A stretch of 64,000 bases of DNA from Zootoca vivipara (taxonomy: Eukaryota): NCBI RefSeq assembly GCF_963506605.1, contig NC_083276.1:109306001-109370000 (forward strand), in the 5' to 3' direction. The stretch's first letter is position 1. The number at the start of each line of letters is the position of its first letter. Positions 24,791 through 37,455 of the stretch are shown here, one piece after another. The translations under genes were made by a program, and so were the position numbers. The notes under the pieces are model-generated. The model saw nothing but the letters and a program-made list of their open reading frames with translations, did not search any database and was not told the DNA's origin.

Positions 24791-27122
24791 TATTGTGAAC
24801 AACCAGAGCTGCACACATAAGGGTGTGACATGTAAGGCTTGCCTCTTGATCTGCTAACTTCACTGGTTCAAGCCCTTACCCTGGTTGCTCAGAACTTGCA
24901 CTTCCTGAACTAATACACAAAGTGAAATGCAGGAATCCTTCCCTATTCATACTCCCCTGATGCATTTCTTCAACTCAAAACAACGTTTAGGAAAATGCAT
25001 TATATGGGGAGAAATTGCTTGCAAAAATGTAAAGCCCCATTGAAGTGATTTGGTCTCATGTAAGTGTGTGTATACAAGTGCAGCCTTTATCTCCAGTTTT
25101 GATAAGATGAGGATCACCATTTTTCTTCTTCTCTCTAGATTACAAGGGACTGGTGAATATTGATTAGTGCCGGAGACAGAGTCATCTGTTAATTTTTATA
25201 TTTTTAAAGAGGGTGCAGCATTGCTTCTTGGTTTCAATATATTTGAGTGCAGGCAGCCTTTGCATGGGGCACAAACTAACTTAACCAGCCTGTAAAGATC
25301 TAATTGCCATCTTAAGACTGTCAGCATATTGTAACCTGGACTTCTGGGTTTCCACCATGCCCTCAAACAGCTGCATCGAATACAAGGCTTTTCCACCATG
25401 TGGTTGCTTAGTCACCTGCACCACTGCCCATGTGGTGCAACATTTAACTACCATGCATTCTCCATTGTGGTGACTCTGTTCAGTGATAAAGCTTTTGCAC
25501 GTGGTGTAATTACCATCATCTGTATTACCAAACCATAGTTAGTGATGTCAAGCGATAATGGGGTTCCCACAAACCCTAGAACCTTGTGTCTATGTCCATT
25601 TAAGAGTCCATAAGTTCTGGTTGTTAGCTAGCCCACACATAAATTAAAAAGACTATACTCTTTGCCATGTACCTTTACACCAGAGATGGGGAAGACTTAT
25701 CCTCTGGTCTCCCCAGTGTTGCCAGTCTACAACTCCCACTACATCCCTAACCACTTGTCATGGTGGCTGGAGCTCCTGGCACTTGGAGTTTGGAGGACTA
25801 CAGATTTCCCATTCCTTCTATACACTCGAAGCTGTGTGGCTAGAACAGTGGCATTAAGCTAATGTATAAAACACTTCAAATACTTAAATTGTACTGCTGC
25901 TAAGAAAAGAAGAAGGATTCCGTAATACAGCATATCTCTTATCTGGTATCTGATATATGTTTGTGCCTCTCTGTGTGTTCCAGCCCTCAGCCTCCACAAA
26001 AATTGTGGGCTTTGTTCCTTTCCCAGCAGACTTTTGAAACAAAAGCTGTTGCCTCCAGCTTTTACCACCATTAAGTGTAAGGTGAGCACATCAATACAGC
26101 CCAGAGGTATGGCAACCAGTGCGCAGCTTTCCTCCAGGCCTTATTAAATAATAGATTTGCAAGACGAAGCTATAGGAGATTTGGTGTCTTGTAGCTGCTA
26201 TCAAATGTATGTCTCTCCTGCTGGCTGTTGCTTAGTTAAATGAACCGGAGAGTCAAAAACTTTTAAATTTCCCCCAGTTTTCCTTCAACAGGTGTATGAC
26301 TGCTGTGACAGAGGCACAGAAGGGGACGGTGGGCGAAAAGACCTTACAGTGGTAAGATAAGCCTATTATAAATGTGCAGCTTAATGGATTTCTGGAAATA
26401 GGTTATCCGGTGTGGTGCCTGACACTGTTCTCCTAATAAATGAGAATGAGGAGATAAAAAGGAAGTAAAATAAACAAGTGCACAGGCTGTAGTTTACTCT
26501 TCATGAATATGAATAATGCATGCATTCTTGTCCTTTCCTATTACATGAAGCAATGTGTCAATTTGCACACAAGGTGTACCGAATGCTAATTGTGAATTAG
26601 TGCCTTGGTGTGTGACACATACCGCAGAATTACAGCACCGGCTTGGTATGGGGAGAGTTAATGAGAGTCCCTTCTTTCCCACATTTTAATTCTGCTTCTT
26701 AAGAGGTATATTATTTAGCCACTTAAATTTGCACCAAGCCGAAGCATGGCATATGAAAATGCCAATCTAAAAAATGAATCTGTTTTCTGAAAACAGGATT
26801 TAAATCGTTTAATCCTTTCTTATGTCTACATTAATTAAAATGTAGTTTTCTTCTCTCTGCTCTCCCCTCCCCTCCCCACCATACTTCTTGACCTTGTTTG
26901 ATGTGACTCATGGGGGGAAGTTTTAGAAGCACAGTTTTCTATAAGTGAGCATCTAATTAATCACAGAAGGACTATAGCTTTTCAAGCCACACAGACCCAG
27001 ATGAATCAGTGGAATAAATAGATGGGGTAGGCATTGGCATTACGAAAGGGAATAAGAAAGATCTTAGCTCTGTGGGGTTTAGAGAAAAAGTCACTGTAAC
27101 GGAGAAGCTGTGGGTTCCTTCT

Positions 27123-27860
27123 TGGCGTGCTCAGACCTTTAAACCGCCCCCTTAAATAAATTCACACAAGACTCAACTTTTTGGTTGGGTTTTTGGCAGA
27201 ATTTAGGCCACAACTTTATTGATTTCAGCAAGTGAGTGGTTGCATAGGCTCTGGTTCGACTAGCTCCCTGCACCGTGGCAGGTAGTGCTGACCCAGGGCT
27301 CTACCATAGGTCAGCCTAGGGTGAACACCTGGAATGGCGGAAAGCCAGGGACGTGCTATGTCCACCACCCAGATGTCCCTGTGGACTCAGGCATGGGCAC
27401 AACCCCTCACAGGGTTGACCAAACCATTGAGTACCTGGATTCCTTTAACGGAATACCTCTTCACATAGGGATGGCAAGAGCGTTCGCCCACCCTATCACC
27501 TGAATCAGAGCCTATCCACAACCTTACAAGTTGTGACAATTTGCTGCGTGGCAGGCGAAACCCAAATGGCACCAGCCAATCAGCCAAGTGGGGAAAATTC
27601 CTGCCGTGCCCCTGTACCAATGACAGATGACACATGACGGCATAGCAAGGTCAAGCTATAGGGAGAGGTGGGGGGGTGTTCCGATGCACTGACTAAGAGA
27701 GAAAGCTCAGGGTCACGTGTCTTGGCATACATAGGTCCCTTGATCCATTTGGCTAGTGTCCCATTGGTCAGATTAAACCCAGCATCAAGGGACCTACCAA
27801 TCGGGTGTTGTGGCTATCCAATCGTACCCACCCACAAGGGTTTGGTTGACAGATCTCACC
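27123..27860 (-). mobile_element. Retroelement terminal repeat (solo-LTR-like or DIRS/Ngaro-like), copy 2
   Basis: Reverse-complement homologue of 3056-3926; AATAAA at 27215-27220(-); boundaries approximate. Confidence 0.65.
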
Positions 27861-30800
27861 GCAACATGTGCCCTCTTTGAGGGAGGACATGATTTGCATA
27901 GACACGTGTAACTAAAAAAGGAAATCAGCCACCTCCAGCTTCCAGTTTGAAAACCTACACTGGAGACAGTGAAGCAACCAGGTATGAGCTGTGAAGGAAG
28001 GCCATGGTGTCAAGGATGCATTCCTTGGTCCTGAAGTGACACTGTTTTCTGCAAAGGACTTGTATGATGCTGAAATGATGCGATTCTACTTTAAAGACCT
28101 GCATCAGGTGAGGAATTTTATTGCCCAGCTCCAAAAAAGCCATTCTGGGATGCAGAGAGTGGAGCTGGGTGAAGAGTCGCATACCACATGTCAAAAAGTG
28201 ACCATGACTTATGGCCCCGGATCCACAGAGAGACGAGTTTCTAGAAGTTTAAAAAGGAGTGACATTTTAGGCTGAGATGCTGTCTGGATGTGGACCAAGT
28301 TCAGGATTTAGCTTGTGCTCTCTGGCAGGACAAAATGAGAAAATATCAAGATTCAGGATTGGCACACAGGATACGGATCAGAGCACTGGGTCGCTCAATG
28401 TGACTGACATGGGCTTCAGTAAGGCTCTGATAATCAGCTGTGCCTACCAAAATATTCTTCGGTCTAATAGGAAATGCTCATTGGGCTGAATCAACTCATT
28501 GGGCTGCCTGTCGAGATCAGACTTACTATCCACTGCGGTAAGCCTGACTAAGATTCTGTCCCTTCTCCCAACAAGCCCCAAGCACAATTCAGTGTTGATG
28601 CTGTGCTGGATGAGATGCCATGCTGCTAATTGCATGGGCTTTTAATTCACGCAAGCTGAGGAGGAACAAAACTATTGTCTTGATATTGTATTGCTACGTA
28701 TTATTGTTATTTGTGGTCATGGGATATGATGTTGCAAGCAGTAGTTGTGTACAACTATACTCTCCTCCTTCTCCTTTGAGCAAGATGCTCTTAGTGGGCT
28801 CCTCTCCAAGTGGCTCTCATTCTCCCTGCTGTTGTCATTTGCCTCTGCCTTCAAGCACAGCCACACCACCCTTCAGATGGAGAGAACAAGGTGTGCAAGG
28901 TTTACTACTCCTTCTCCTTCCTGATTGCTTAGTCAGAGAGGGAATGGGAACAGACCAGAGCGTCAAGGACCTGGAGCAGCAGGGTCAGTAGACTCCAGGG
29001 ATTGGCAATGGGTCCCCACTAGGATATAGACCTCAGCGAGGGCCCAAGAATACCAATCCTTGGAGCTGGCCCTGAAGACCTGTATTGGATCTCTTTTATA
29101 AAGAGCATTTCCTGATTGTGAAATGGTTATGATCATAACTGTCATGGTTAGAAACAAGAATATACAAGATGGCAAATGCACTAGTAGACATTGATCTGTT
29201 TTGGAAGGGCCACAGTGTCATGAATACCAAACCAAACATGCAAGAGATATTCCCCTGAAACACTCTCCTTCTTTCTCCTTCTTGTCATTAATTGTATAGC
29301 TATGCAAATAATTCATATAAATTTGATGTGGGGCTCCACCTGACAGCTCATCCAGATTAATAGGAGATGGGATTTGAAATGCCCAAAAATGTAAATTAGT
29401 GCTTCCACGGGAAATTATGAAGAAGCTTGAGCTAACTGTATCTTCAGTAAATCGGTACATGTGCAGGGCAAGACTATGCATGTTTACTCAGAAGTAAGTC
29501 CCACTGTGTTTAATGAGATTTACTCCCAGGTAATTGTGAATAGGAGCGTGGCTTTCTTGTCCCTTTCTTGAAAGGAGGAATGGAGCAAATGAAGATGGAC
29601 AAAAGCATAAGCTGCCCTCTTTGGTTGACCCAGAGGCCAAATTTGAAAACCGCCTATGCAAATGTGCAAATAAAGACTGAAATTGTTATTGTGAGCACTT
29701 AATTAAAGAAAGCAACAGAGAAGGCCCATAGACTTGCTTGCATGTAGCAGTTTTTAGAACTGGGTTGTGAATGTTGGTGAGAAAGTCCAAAACCATGATT
29801 TAGATTTAGGCTGATGTCCAAGACTTCCTTGCCTTATATTTATTTCCTTCCAGATGCTAAGCCCTTACAAAATTTGGGAATGAATGAAAATAAATGTCAT
29901 GCCCGAATGTCAAATCTTCATCATGTAATTGAGGAAAAGTCCCCAATGATGTTGCATAATGATTTTAACAGCTAGGAGCAGATCATAGGAGTTAGAGGAT
30001 TAGAGCAGCAATCAGTGTTGATGTTTCAACAACTCTTTGCTTAATGCAAACTCCAGATCCTTTGCATATATCGTTTTTAAAATGTGGACCAGGAATTTGC
30101 TGGCAGAGCTTCACATCCAATATGTGTGTTGGAGACTGTTTTAAAATCAGGTCAAGTGCTATGGTCAAATTTATTGCTCGCGTAAGGCTTAGAGTCATAG
30201 TGAATTTGTTCTCCTGATGGATAACCATGGCTGAATGTCAGATTTATAATTGCTTCATAATTAAACCACTGAACCATATATAATTTGTGTATAAATATCG
30301 TATAATGGTGGTTGGAAGGCACACAGTTTGCAAATGCTGTTTAGTATTAACTCTAGCCGTGTCCCGCCAACCTGGGTGGACAGCTACTCCTTCACCAACC
30401 TGGACGGCATGTTGCGCCTGCCCTCCCTACCTCAAGTGACACCCCAGCAGCAATCATTACAGACCATTTCCTTTCTCTCTCACAAACAGGGAACCACCCA
30501 CTAACAGTGCCTCTGTCTTATCCGGACTGACCATCAGGTTGTTGACTCTCATCCAGTCCATTACTGAGGCAGGACAACAGTCCAGCACATCCACTGCCTC
30601 ACCTGCAGACGTAAAGGAGAAATAGAGCTGTGAGCCATCAGCATATTGCTGACAATGTACTCCAAAACCCCAGATGACCCCACTCAGCTGGGTTCCTGGC
30701 CAGCTTTTGCTCCCCCATCTCCCTCATGGCCACAGGAGCCCAGGAGACAGAGAGCCAAATAGGAGCTTCAAGGGCATGTGGAAACGCCAGTATGGCTGAG

Positions 30801-30892
30801 AACCAGAAAGGGGTAGTGTCTCCAGCTCCTAAACGAGGTTCTTGTCTGAGCTGTTTCCTTGGTTGAAACAACAGGTCCCTTAGTGCTCCAAG

Positions 30893-31259
30893 AAGGGGCG
30901 TAGGAAGATAGGTGGGGGCGGGCCTCCCTGAGCTGCAGGCTCCAAGGGGTGCCATCGCGGGCGCCCACCCCGCCCCAAAAATGCACACCCTGCCCCCGGA
31001 ATGTGTGTCACACTCCTCCAGGAGGCACGCCACAACCCTGGGAGGTGTGCCACGCCCCTCCAGGAGGCATGCCGTGCCCCTGGGAGGCGCGCCACGGCCC
31101 TGGAACGTGCGTCACACCCCTCCGGGAGGCGTACCCCGCCCACGGAATGTGAGGCCTGCCCCTCTGGGAGGTGTGCCCCTCCCCTCCCGTAGGCACGCCC
31201 CGCCCCCAGAATGGGCGCCAGCCCCGCCCCCGGTGCCGGAGCATGAAGCTCTGCCACTG
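30893..31259. mobile_element. hAT-type MITE with an internal 20/22-bp GC-rich tandem array
   Basis: TSD gctccaag/gctccaac; 3' end CTCTGCCACTG; about ten units like ggaggcacgccacaaccctg at about 30990-31235. Confidence 0.7.
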
Positions 31260-31302
31260 GCTCCAACCCCCACAAACCATAATGGACAATCAGAACTCTG
31301 GG

Positions 31303-31495
31303 TAGGGATGCCAACTTGAATAAAATATTGGGTGGGGAGCAGGTAAGCCCCATCCTACTCCATCCCACGACATGGCGCATACACACCATTTGAATGGCAA
31401 TGCCCAACAACTTTAGGGGCCCTGTCCCCCTCAAATATTTTATTGTGGGGGGGGGAGGGCAAAAGGACCACGGCCGCCAGGAGTTGGCTTCTATG
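31303..31495. mobile_element. hAT-type MITE
   Basis: TAGGGATGCCAACT / AGTTGGCTTCTATG termini; degenerate 8-bp TSD actctggg/attttggg. Confidence 0.6.
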
Positions 31496-32539
31496 ATTTT
31501 GGGTAAACAACAACCTTTGAAAACAGGATGATTTTTTGTGAATAAACAGCATATTATTCTATGGTTCGGTGGCCGTGTGAAGTCAAGATGGTTTCATTGG
31601 AGCTGATGGGACTACATCACTGGTAATGGAATATTCCCTTTAACAAAGTGTTTTGGAAACACCTGCTGATAAATATTTGACTATGTGGGTAGAGAAAGAA
31701 CAATGCCTGTCCCCACACCTCTGTTTTACTTCACCTGAACATTAAAATGCAGTGCCTCTACTTCCCCTGCAGACTGCTGTTCCAAATCCGAGGAAACACA
31801 GCATTCAGCTGTCATAATGGTCTTCTGTGGCAGAAAGCATTGATTATCTGGCATTCATTAGTTAACCCCCACCTGGAGTGATTCCCCCCCCCTAATTACA
31901 AAAGTGTTGCTGCTTCAGTCTTGATAGACAGGAGCATTGCTGCAGGCAACTTCAGAAATATGAAGTAGCCAAATGATATACTTAACTCACAAGCCAATTA
32001 GCCGATTTTCTACTGTACCAGCACATTGCCCCCTTCGGTGATTCCTGATGTATTGCCTCTCCATTAATTATAATATAATAGGTCTGGCTTAAAAGATCAG
32101 CCCTTGGGGGGCATCTGAAGAAGAAGCATTCAAAGTCTTCTGATTTCAGTGCTTTGGGGGAGGGGGTGGAAATCTCAAGTCTTTCTTCTTGGCCTTTTAG
32201 CAAAGATCATTACCCCCCTTTTTTAAATCTAGCATTGGATCAGTTCAGTAAATGACACCTCTTCTCTAGGGAACCATTGGTGTACTATCTGGAGGGCTGG
32301 GGGAGCACACAACCTGACAGCCTTAATGCTCTGCCTCCCCCCCCCCCCACAACACCCATTTTTATTAATTTAATCTGATCCTAGACAGCCCAGATAATGC
32401 AGCCATAAAGACAAGAGGGAGTTTTGTTCAGCAACGGTTTATAGCAACAGAAATGGCAGCCTAATCCCCACCCCTTTAAAATAAAAATAAAAAAATAAGT
32501 CTGTTAGGAGAAGCCAAACATTTTCAGATATGAAAAAGA

Positions 32540-32873
32540 AATCTATAAATAACTTCCTTGGGCGAGGCATGCGGTGCTCAGTGCTGAGATATCTGCAGTA
32601 GTTCTGCTGCAAACCCCCCTCCCCCATCCATTAACTTTGTCTATATGCCAAATGTGCTAAATTCAGCTGTCACAGGGACCAGTCATGATCAGCACAGTGG
32701 AAGGGAAGAAATCTGCAAAGCTGTTATCAAAGCAGAATTGGCCCTTGTTTGCTCAGTTTAGTTTGCCCTGCCTATTCCCTTGATTCATGCAATGAAATGT
32801 ATTTACACACAGCTAATTGAGAAGAGCATTTACACTCTGTATGCTTAAATAAACTAGCCCTGTCTGCCTGAAA

Positions 32874-32907
<34 letters not shown>

Positions 32908-33085
32908 ATCTCTGTTTATATAAATAGTTCACCATCCAATCAATTATGGCACTTGAGATCTCCCCGAGTCCACTGAAGTCAGAGGATTTAGTGCACAGTG
33001 AAGTTGGGCTGCTGTTGTTGTTCTAATCCCTCTAATAGCAGACTTGGGGGAGGGCTTGGAGTGTTTATCAGCTTGGAAGTGAGGT
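32540..33085 (+). promoter_or_regulatory. Candidate muscle-type promoter / non-coding first exon of XIRP2
   Basis: Perfect MEF2 consensus CTATAAATAA at 32543-32552, E-box CAGCTG at 32664, TATAAATA at 32919-32926, possible donors at 33079 (GTGAGG) and 33084 (GTGGGG). Repeat-poor block about 3.3 kb upstream of the coding exon. Confidence 0.35.
32875..32905 (+). repeat. (CA)n microsatellite
   Basis: Direct reading; sits just upstream of the TATA-like element. Confidence 0.95.
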
Positions 33086-33402
33086 GGGGCCACGCAGAAA
33101 ATTTAGGGGCTTCTATGTCCTCATGGGATTCTCAGGTCATAGAGAAATATTTTATGTTTGTAAATGGAAAGATAGAAGGGTGGAGTCTACTATCCGGGCC
33201 TCTAGCAGAAGGACCCCCACTAGCACAACAAGGCTTTCCCCACACATTCCTCCCTCCATGTGCTGCCACACCTCCTCAAAATATGCTCTGGAGGGTCAGG
33301 AGAACCCACAAGGTGACGAGAGGGAACATCATTCCATCGGGCAAGCAGAAATGCTTGGGCTGGTGGAACAATCTCCTTTGCACTATGTCCAGTTCCACGC
33401 AC

Positions 33403-33512
33403 AGGGTTGTATCCAACTCAGAGTAGACCCACTGAAATTAATGGACCTAACTTGGTCATGCTTGTTCATTTCAATGGGTCTGCTCTGAGTGATACTTTGT
33501 TGAATAATACCC
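33403..33512. mobile_element. Small hairpin MITE
   Basis: GGGTTGTATCCAAC..GTTGAATAATACCC termini with inverted ctcagagtagaccca/tgggtctgctctgag; related termini at about 60082-60326. Confidence 0.6.
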
Positions 33513-33809
33513 AGAGAGACAGACAGATTTTTGAAAAACCCAAAGGACTGGTGGCTTTACAAGATGTATGGAATGGTGAGGTGTCAGTTGGCAGGGAGAA
33601 AGAGAACAGGCCTGCTGGAGCCACTGCCAGTTTACAGTATGTTGCCTGAAGGAAAGGATTAGGGCTGAAGGAATGTGTGCTGTGAGGTGGGGTTGTTGTT
33701 GTTTTTAGTACCTCCTTGCACTTCCCAGGGACGCTTCAAGAGGAAGGAAAGACAAAACAACAACAGCACCATGTCCATTTCCCACTCTCCAGAAACAATT
33801 CCAAGATTG

Positions 33810-34189
33810 CAGCACCTGGGCTTGACGAGGCAGGTGACCCTCACCTGTTCCAAGCCTTCTCCAGCTGAGGAATCACACACCTCCTCCCAGAGATAGCAAA
33901 CTCCAACCTGGCCAGCTAGGGAGCCAGGCGATGGGCCCTTGCCTGCCTCGGCCTCCTGCAGCACTCCTATGCCTCAGAGCCCACCATGTTTGTGGAAACA
34001 GGATCCCCTCTGGTGATGGGTCCTGCTGCCTCTGGTTCCTGTGCATTGACCCCCATCCCCTTGTCATCCTCCATCACTCTGTGAGTACTTCCTTCCCCAT
34101 CCCCTGCTTGCCCCGGTGTGTCCCAGTCCCGGCTGCACTCCTTGCCGGGATCCTCTTCCTCCCCCCCATCATCCTGCCAGTTCCTGACA
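33810..34189 (-). mobile_element. Partial LTR, same family as 61842-62404
   Basis: cacctgggcttgacgaggcaggtgaccctcacctgttccaagcc... is shared in reverse complement; terminus CCTGACA at 34189. Confidence 0.75.
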
Positions 34190-35559
34190 CAGAGTTTCCT
34201 GTGAAGAGCGATTGATTGTTAAACCACTCTGAGAACTGTAGAACTGCAAGTGGAATAGGGCCCTCCTAAGAACTCCCAGCACCCTTAGCAAAGCACTGCT
34301 CCTAGGATTCTTGGGGGAGAGCCATCACTGTTTATCGTAATGGTATCATAGTGCTTTAATTGTATGGTGTGAATGTGGCCCACTAATCCTTACCCCGCAT
34401 AAGGAGCAGTATGAGCACTATCTGTCATTGTACTGTGGAGTGCTCACATCCTGGTAGGGCCCTTTTATTTGGCTGTAGTTTACCTGCTCACAGGAGGCAG
34501 AGAGCTGCAGGCAGCATGGACAAGATGAACAGTTAGCAGAAGGGAAGAAGGGACCTATTATTTACTATCAAGTCCTAATAAGTACATGTCCCTTCTGCAT
34601 CCTTCTTAGCCTGCAACATTCTTCCTGATATATGCCTTTTCTTGGATGAAAAGGCATGCATTACAGCTACAATCCTTAAGATTTTAAAGTCAGCTGCTTC
34701 TTAGTCGAGATTTCCCACCGGGCAAACATAGGTGGCAGGATATTGAAAATATTGCCCCAATAATATCGAACTGAATCAGCTCAAGATTATTTAGTTAGAT
34801 TGTGCCAGAAAAAGTCGGAGGGATGTTTATCTGCTAGTGACAACTCTAAAATAATGGTTTGTCTTTATCAACGGAATGGGAGTTAGTGGAAGAAATCAAG
34901 CACTTGCTCACTTCCTTGGGACTTTTTAGTTGCTTCTAATAAAACAATCCAAAAGTAACAGCAGTGTTGTGCATTACCCTGCTGTTACATTTGGATTTCT
35001 GTTACAAACGGGCCTTCTCAGCTACCTATAGCTTTCATCTGCACTATAGACAATTATATTTTCAGCAGATAGATTTACAGTGCAATCCTACTCCCTCTGC
35101 TGCACCTTTGACGCTCGGGGGCAGTTAGAATTCTGCATCTCTTCCTCTTGAAGAGCACCATGGTTATATTTCCTTGAGGTCTGCCATGGTAGAGGACCTA
35201 GCTACATCCAGGTGTGGGGGGACGGACAAGCTACCATCTACAGTTTTCTTGTGGAAAGTAGCTGTTTCAGGACAAGGGTCCAGCAGTTCTGTGTCTACTG
35301 GATCCGTAACTTTGCAGATCCCCTGAGGAGCCTGAACTTCAGGCCTGTCAGCTATGCTAACATGGAACTGCTGTAGCACACACACAAACCGCTTCTCCCA
35401 TGGCTCACACAAGTGCAGGAATTGAGGTGGGGTGCAGAACTGGGTATCTTTGCTCCCAGGGCAAACAACATGAAATGTGCCCCATATGCAACCCCTTAAA
35501 AATGAACAGCGGTTGTGATAAAATGATAAACAACGCATCATTTAAATATTTGTTTCAGT

Positions 35560-35800
35560 GATATACCACAGATCAAGGAAGGTACCACCAGGGCCAAGAG
35601 GATGCCTATGTGGTTAAAGAGAAGAGTCAAGGAAGGTATTAGAGGCGAGAAGGCTTCCTTTGGAAAAGGGAAGTCATCTCCAAATTGGGAGAACAAATAA
35701 GGAACATGATATTTGGCAAAGGAAGTGCAAGCTGAGAATAAAGGATGCCCCCCCCAAAGATGCCAAGGAACACATTGCTGTAGATAAAAACAACAATTTT
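35560..35800 (+). mobile_element. CR1 ORF2 internal fragment
   Basis: Relic IPQI..GTTRAKRMPMWLKRRVKEGIRG.KASF..WQRKCK..EHIA..KNN between the endonuclease and RT domains. Confidence 0.7.
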
Positions 35801-36591
35801 CAGTGAATGAAAAAAATTCTAGTGTCCCAGCTTTTTAACTCCCAACTGATATATGAATGGCACAAAAAGTTAAATTTCCAGCACCAATTAAAAATGTAAG
35901 TTTTGCCTAGGTCTTTCTTGAGGTTTAATGTCAGATTGGTTGGTTGTGCATTTGACGTGCAATTTATCTGCTTCTAATATGCTGTTTTGAAATCACTTTG
36001 CAATGAAGAGCAGGCTAAATATGTTTTAAACATACAAATATTTCAGGTTCTACAGTTTTCAGCATTTTGTGTCCCATTATTTTCTTTTTTACGGGGTGGA
36101 GAATTGCTTACGCCATTGACAGACTCACTCTGCAAGATACTCTGGCCTTACTTAAGCTCTTGTGGAATAATGGATCCAAATGATTCTAATCTCACTTTTC
36201 TTCTGAGGGCACCAAGCTGGGGCAGGTTAGCTTTAGAGATATCTCAGGGCTTCTTTCATGTGCCATGATGACTAAATCATTCAATTGCTTTTTCAGTTCA
36301 CTCTGGTGCTGCCCAAATATCTGCTTCTGAAGGCATCTTGCATGCCTCAAACGGAACTGAAGATATACAAAGGACTGGCTCCCCAAGTGTTGTGCAGTTC
36401 CACTGTAGTCCTCTGTTGCTGATGTTCACAAGATTCAGATGAGAGAAGAGTGACGGCTGACTCTTAGCTGAAATAACAGCCTTGCATAGTGGAGAAAATT
36501 GGGGACTCTGCATCATCAAAAGGAAAGCAGGAAGTGAGCATTCACAGCTGCCTTCAGGATTAAAATCACTGCTGTTGAGCCACCCAGTACC

Positions 36592-36720
36592 ATGGCCAAA
36601 AACAACCCCTCCACTGAGGTGTACAAGGAAGGACCTCCAGGCATCCGCCGCAAGATAGAGCGCTTTGATATCCCTTTGGAAGATCTGAGGAGCCGATTCG
36701 AATCACATGGAGGCAGGAAG
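36592..36720 (+). CDS. XIRP2: First coding exon (43 codons, partial CDS) of Xin actin-binding repeat-containing protein 2
   Basis: ATG in strong Kozak context (accATGg), in-frame stop upstream at 36535. Peptide MAKNNPSTEVYKEGPPGIRRKIERFDIPLEDLRSRFESHGGRK ends at phase-0 donor AAG|GTAAGA. It resembles recalled human XIRP2 N-terminal PEVLKEDSLSSRRRIERFSIALDELRSVFE...GGK, which I recall also ending an exon. Likely acceptor ttgctttttcag at 36296 (alternative ccttcag at 36557). Confidence 0.8.
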
Positions 36721-37161
36721 GTAAGAAGAAGCAACCATAGGCTAATGGGATCAGCAGGGCTTCCTATTCACACAGTTCTGCTAGGAAAATGCACCCCCCA
36801 ACTATACAGTGCTATGAGATCTGCTCAATGAACCCAGAACCAGATAGCAGAGACATCAGTTAGCGTGTTCTTCTGCTACATGACTGGCCACAATGTTATC
36901 TTTCGTTGTATCTGTGGAAAGAGGTGGAGGAAGATGTGGGGCTGTCATCTGGGCACTCCCAGACATTGCAGGTATCATGTTACAGCAGTATTGGAGTGCC
37001 TCTGTTCTCAGAGGAAGTATTGATTCCTGGCTAAGTCCTCCTCTCCTTGAATACCCAGATTGCAACCCATGCCAGCCACTGTAATGGTTGTGATGGTATC
37101 ATGTAATAGTGACACAACTGTGCTACATTTCTTGAGGGTTCTGTTGACACATAAGAAGATG

Positions 37162-37266
37162 CAGGGCCGTCTTAAGCATGTCGGGCCCCCTGGCGCCATG
37201 GTGCGAATATCCCTCCAGTGCCCCCCCGCCTCGTTTCCCAGTGTGGCTGCCGTAGGGCCGGCCCTG
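37162..37266. mobile_element. Short GC-rich hAT-like MITE
   Basis: CAGGGCCG..CGGCCCTG termini; weak TSD. Confidence 0.6.
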
Positions 37267-37455
37267 GGAAGAGCTGTCTGATAATGGAACAGGATGTCTC
37301 AGGAGTTGGTGGAAACATTTCCTTCACTGGGAGCATTTAAACAGCAGCTGGCTAGTGATTGGTCAGAGGTACCGCAGTTGTATCCCACACAATGTAGATT
37401 ATGCACCGAGAATGGGACTGAACTAGAGGACCTCCAACACTATGATTCTGTGATA
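37267..37455 (+). mobile_element. CR1 3' end
   Basis: agagctgt..aatggaacagg..tccttcactgggagcatttaaacagcagctgg..ctatgattctgtgat tail. Confidence 0.7.

Noticed and set aside
30638-31434. Several ORFs up to 184 aa; apparent CpG island
   Set aside because: Explained by the GC-rich tandem array inside MITEs.
36592-36831. The ORF as a stand-alone 79-aa gene, or as LIMA1
   Set aside because: Similarity stops at the GTAAGA donor; the motif is closer to recalled XIRP2 (RRRIERFSIALDELRSVFE) than to LIMA1 (GKIEKYNVPLNRLKMMFE).
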